From Halothiobacillaceae bacterium (GTDB taxonomy: Bacteria; Pseudomonadota; Gammaproteobacteria; Halothiobacillales; Halothiobacillaceae), in NCBI GenBank assembly GCA_016938615.1, contig JAFGUH010000115.1:1593-65592 (forward strand): a stretch of DNA of 64,000 nt. The letters run 5' to 3'. Positions 63,227 through 64,000 of this stretch are shown in pieces; positions within the stretch are counted from its first letter, which is position 1; each line of letters opens with the position of its first letter. The notes beneath the pieces are model-generated. The model saw only the letters and a program-made list of their open reading frames with translations, searched no databases and was not told where the DNA came from. Made by a program: the position numbers and the translations under genes.

Positions 63227-63295
63227 CTAGGGAAGGTCTGCAAGAATCGATGGTGTTCCTGGTTCGTGGGTTTGTTCGCTTTTCTGGCGCCGGCC
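63227..63295. repeat. Copy C: ~70-bp terminal fragment of the repeat family (right end, reverse orientation)
   Basis: CTAGGGAAGGTCTGCAAGAATCGATGGTG...GTTCGCTTTTCTGGCGCCGGC. The 18-mer at 63274-63291 is the exact reverse complement of GGCGCCAGAAAAGCGAAC in copies A and B. Similarity stops before the DUF1244 RBS. Confidence 0.6.
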
Positions 63296-63333
63296 CTCGA
63301 CCACCCGACCACTCCGACCGAGAGGATCTACGC

Positions 63334-63585
63334 ATGGCAATCGATTCCAGCAACCGTGACCAGGTCGAAGCCGCGGCCTTTCGCCGGCTGGTGGCCCACC
63401 TGCAGGATCGGACCGACGTGCAGAACATCGACCTGATGAACCTGGCCGGGTTCTGCCGCAACTGCCTGTCGCGGTGGTTGCGCGAGGAGGCCGAGAAACA
63501 GGGCATCGAGCTCGACGACGCCGAGGCACGTGAACACGTCTACGGCATGCCTTACGAAACATGGAAGGCACGTCACCAGGCCTGA
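63334..63585 (+). CDS. DUF1244-family protein
   Basis: 83 aa from an internal ATG (GAGAGGA Shine-Dalgarno). AAFRRLVAHLQDRTDVQNIDLMNLAGFCRNCLSRWL...YGMPYETWK matches the DUF1244 pattern. Confidence 0.7.
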   Translation: MAIDSSNRDQVEAAAFRRLVAHLQDRTDVQNIDLMNLAGFCRNCLSRWLREEAEKQGIELDDAEAREHVYGMPYETWKARHQA

Positions 63586-63684
63586 TGCCTGATGCGGGCA
63601 CGCCTCCGGCGCGACGACCGCACTGCCCGGCGACAATGCCGGACCCCCGCGTAAGCGCTCCGCGGCGGTTCTTGGAAGTCGTTG

Positions 63685-63720
63685 AAAAAACGCCCGGACA
63701 TCGGATGCCCGGGCGTTTTC
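63685..63720. terminator. Bidirectional rho-independent terminator
   Basis: AAAAAA-CGCCCGGACATC-G-GATGCCCGGGCG-TTTTC between convergent genes. Confidence 0.7.
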
Positions 63721-63753
63721 TCGCATCGGTTAGGGCGCGCGAGCGCGGCTGGA

Positions 63754-64000
63754 TTACAGGAGCGCTGGCCACTCCCCGGCATCGAGTGCCTTGGCGGCCC
63801 GCTCCCGATAGAACTCGACCCCGGCATTCTGAAAGGGACCGGTGTCATTGGCGGTGATCACGCGATACCAGCCCGTGTAGATCGCCAACAACTCGTCGGT
63901 GGTGAAGTCCGCAAGCTCACGGGGGTCGTCGCTCTGTGCGGCGAGCGCCCCGAGCTGCTCCTCGAGTATCTCGTGCAGGCGAACGATCACCGCTGCGATC
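63754..64000 (-). CDS. C-terminal part of an unidentified protein (frame open to the right edge)
   Basis: The reverse frame stays open through base 64000, so the listed start at 63990 is probably internal. Ends ...FQNAGVEFYRERAAKALDAGEWPALL. I recognise no family. Confidence 0.4.
   Translation of the reverse strand, partial: IAAVIVRLHEILEEQLGALAAQSDDPRELADFTTDELLAIYTGWYRVITANDTGPFQNAGVEFYRERAAKALDAGEWPALL

Noticed and set aside
1-64000. Search for a defence island, prophage, integron, toxin-antitoxin pair or secondary-metabolite cluster
   Set aside because: No integrase, transposase, phage structural, restriction/Cas-like, NRPS/PKS or small paired toxin-antitoxin ORFs are recognisable. Gene content and synteny are those of a core chromosome. 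I therefore cannot support a claim that a novel multi-gene system lies here.

Overview
GC-rich (about two-thirds G+C by eye, not computed) chromosomal segment with gammaproteobacterial gene content and synteny: a Pil-Chp cluster beside gshB/tonB as in Pseudomonas, plus nudE-cysQ, dksA and rnd. About 57 protein genes are supported. Left to right: pstA(partial)-pstC-pstS with a Pho-box array; an RND efflux pair; photolyase; modE-modABC; arsC/arsR; a GT4 glycosyltransferase plus a relA-like gene; VIT1, a small hydrolase and a bacterioferritin-like gene; mtfA plus a translationally coupled invertase-SPS-SPP sucrose cluster; a Mo-hydroxylase operon (2Fe-2S subunit, Mo subunit, xdhC, mocA); lolC-lolD; a few small exported or membrane proteins; acyP; hrpA; DUF4124, ycgL and a lipoprotein; cysQ-nudE; cobalamin riboswitch-btuB-small membrane protein; chpC-chpA-pilJ-pilI-pilH-pilG; gshA-gshB-apbE-tonB; dksA-ppiA-rnd-bolA-like-DUF1244. 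I see no rRNA, tRNA, CRISPR array, transposase, integrase, prophage or recognisable defence genes, and no clear multi-gene system of unknown function. The window reads as core chromosome. The signals I rate highest: (1) an unannotated family of CTAG/TA-bounded inverted-repeat elements (MITE/Correia-like) at five loci, always just 3' of a stop codon or in a leader; (2) a B12 riboswitch-btuB operon whose second gene looks like a BtuM-type solitary B12 transporter; (3) a RelA homologue that ends exactly where the ACT/RRM domain should begin; (4) a GH100 invertase-SPS-SPP cluster; (5) a DksA that keeps only one of the four Zn-finger cysteines; (6) a ModE-box-like palindrome over the modE start codon. 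Many long ORFs in the supplied track are antisense or out-of-frame artefacts of high GC content and were rejected. Start codons were chosen by homology-like N-termini and Shine-Dalgarno motifs and carry an uncertainty of a few codons.
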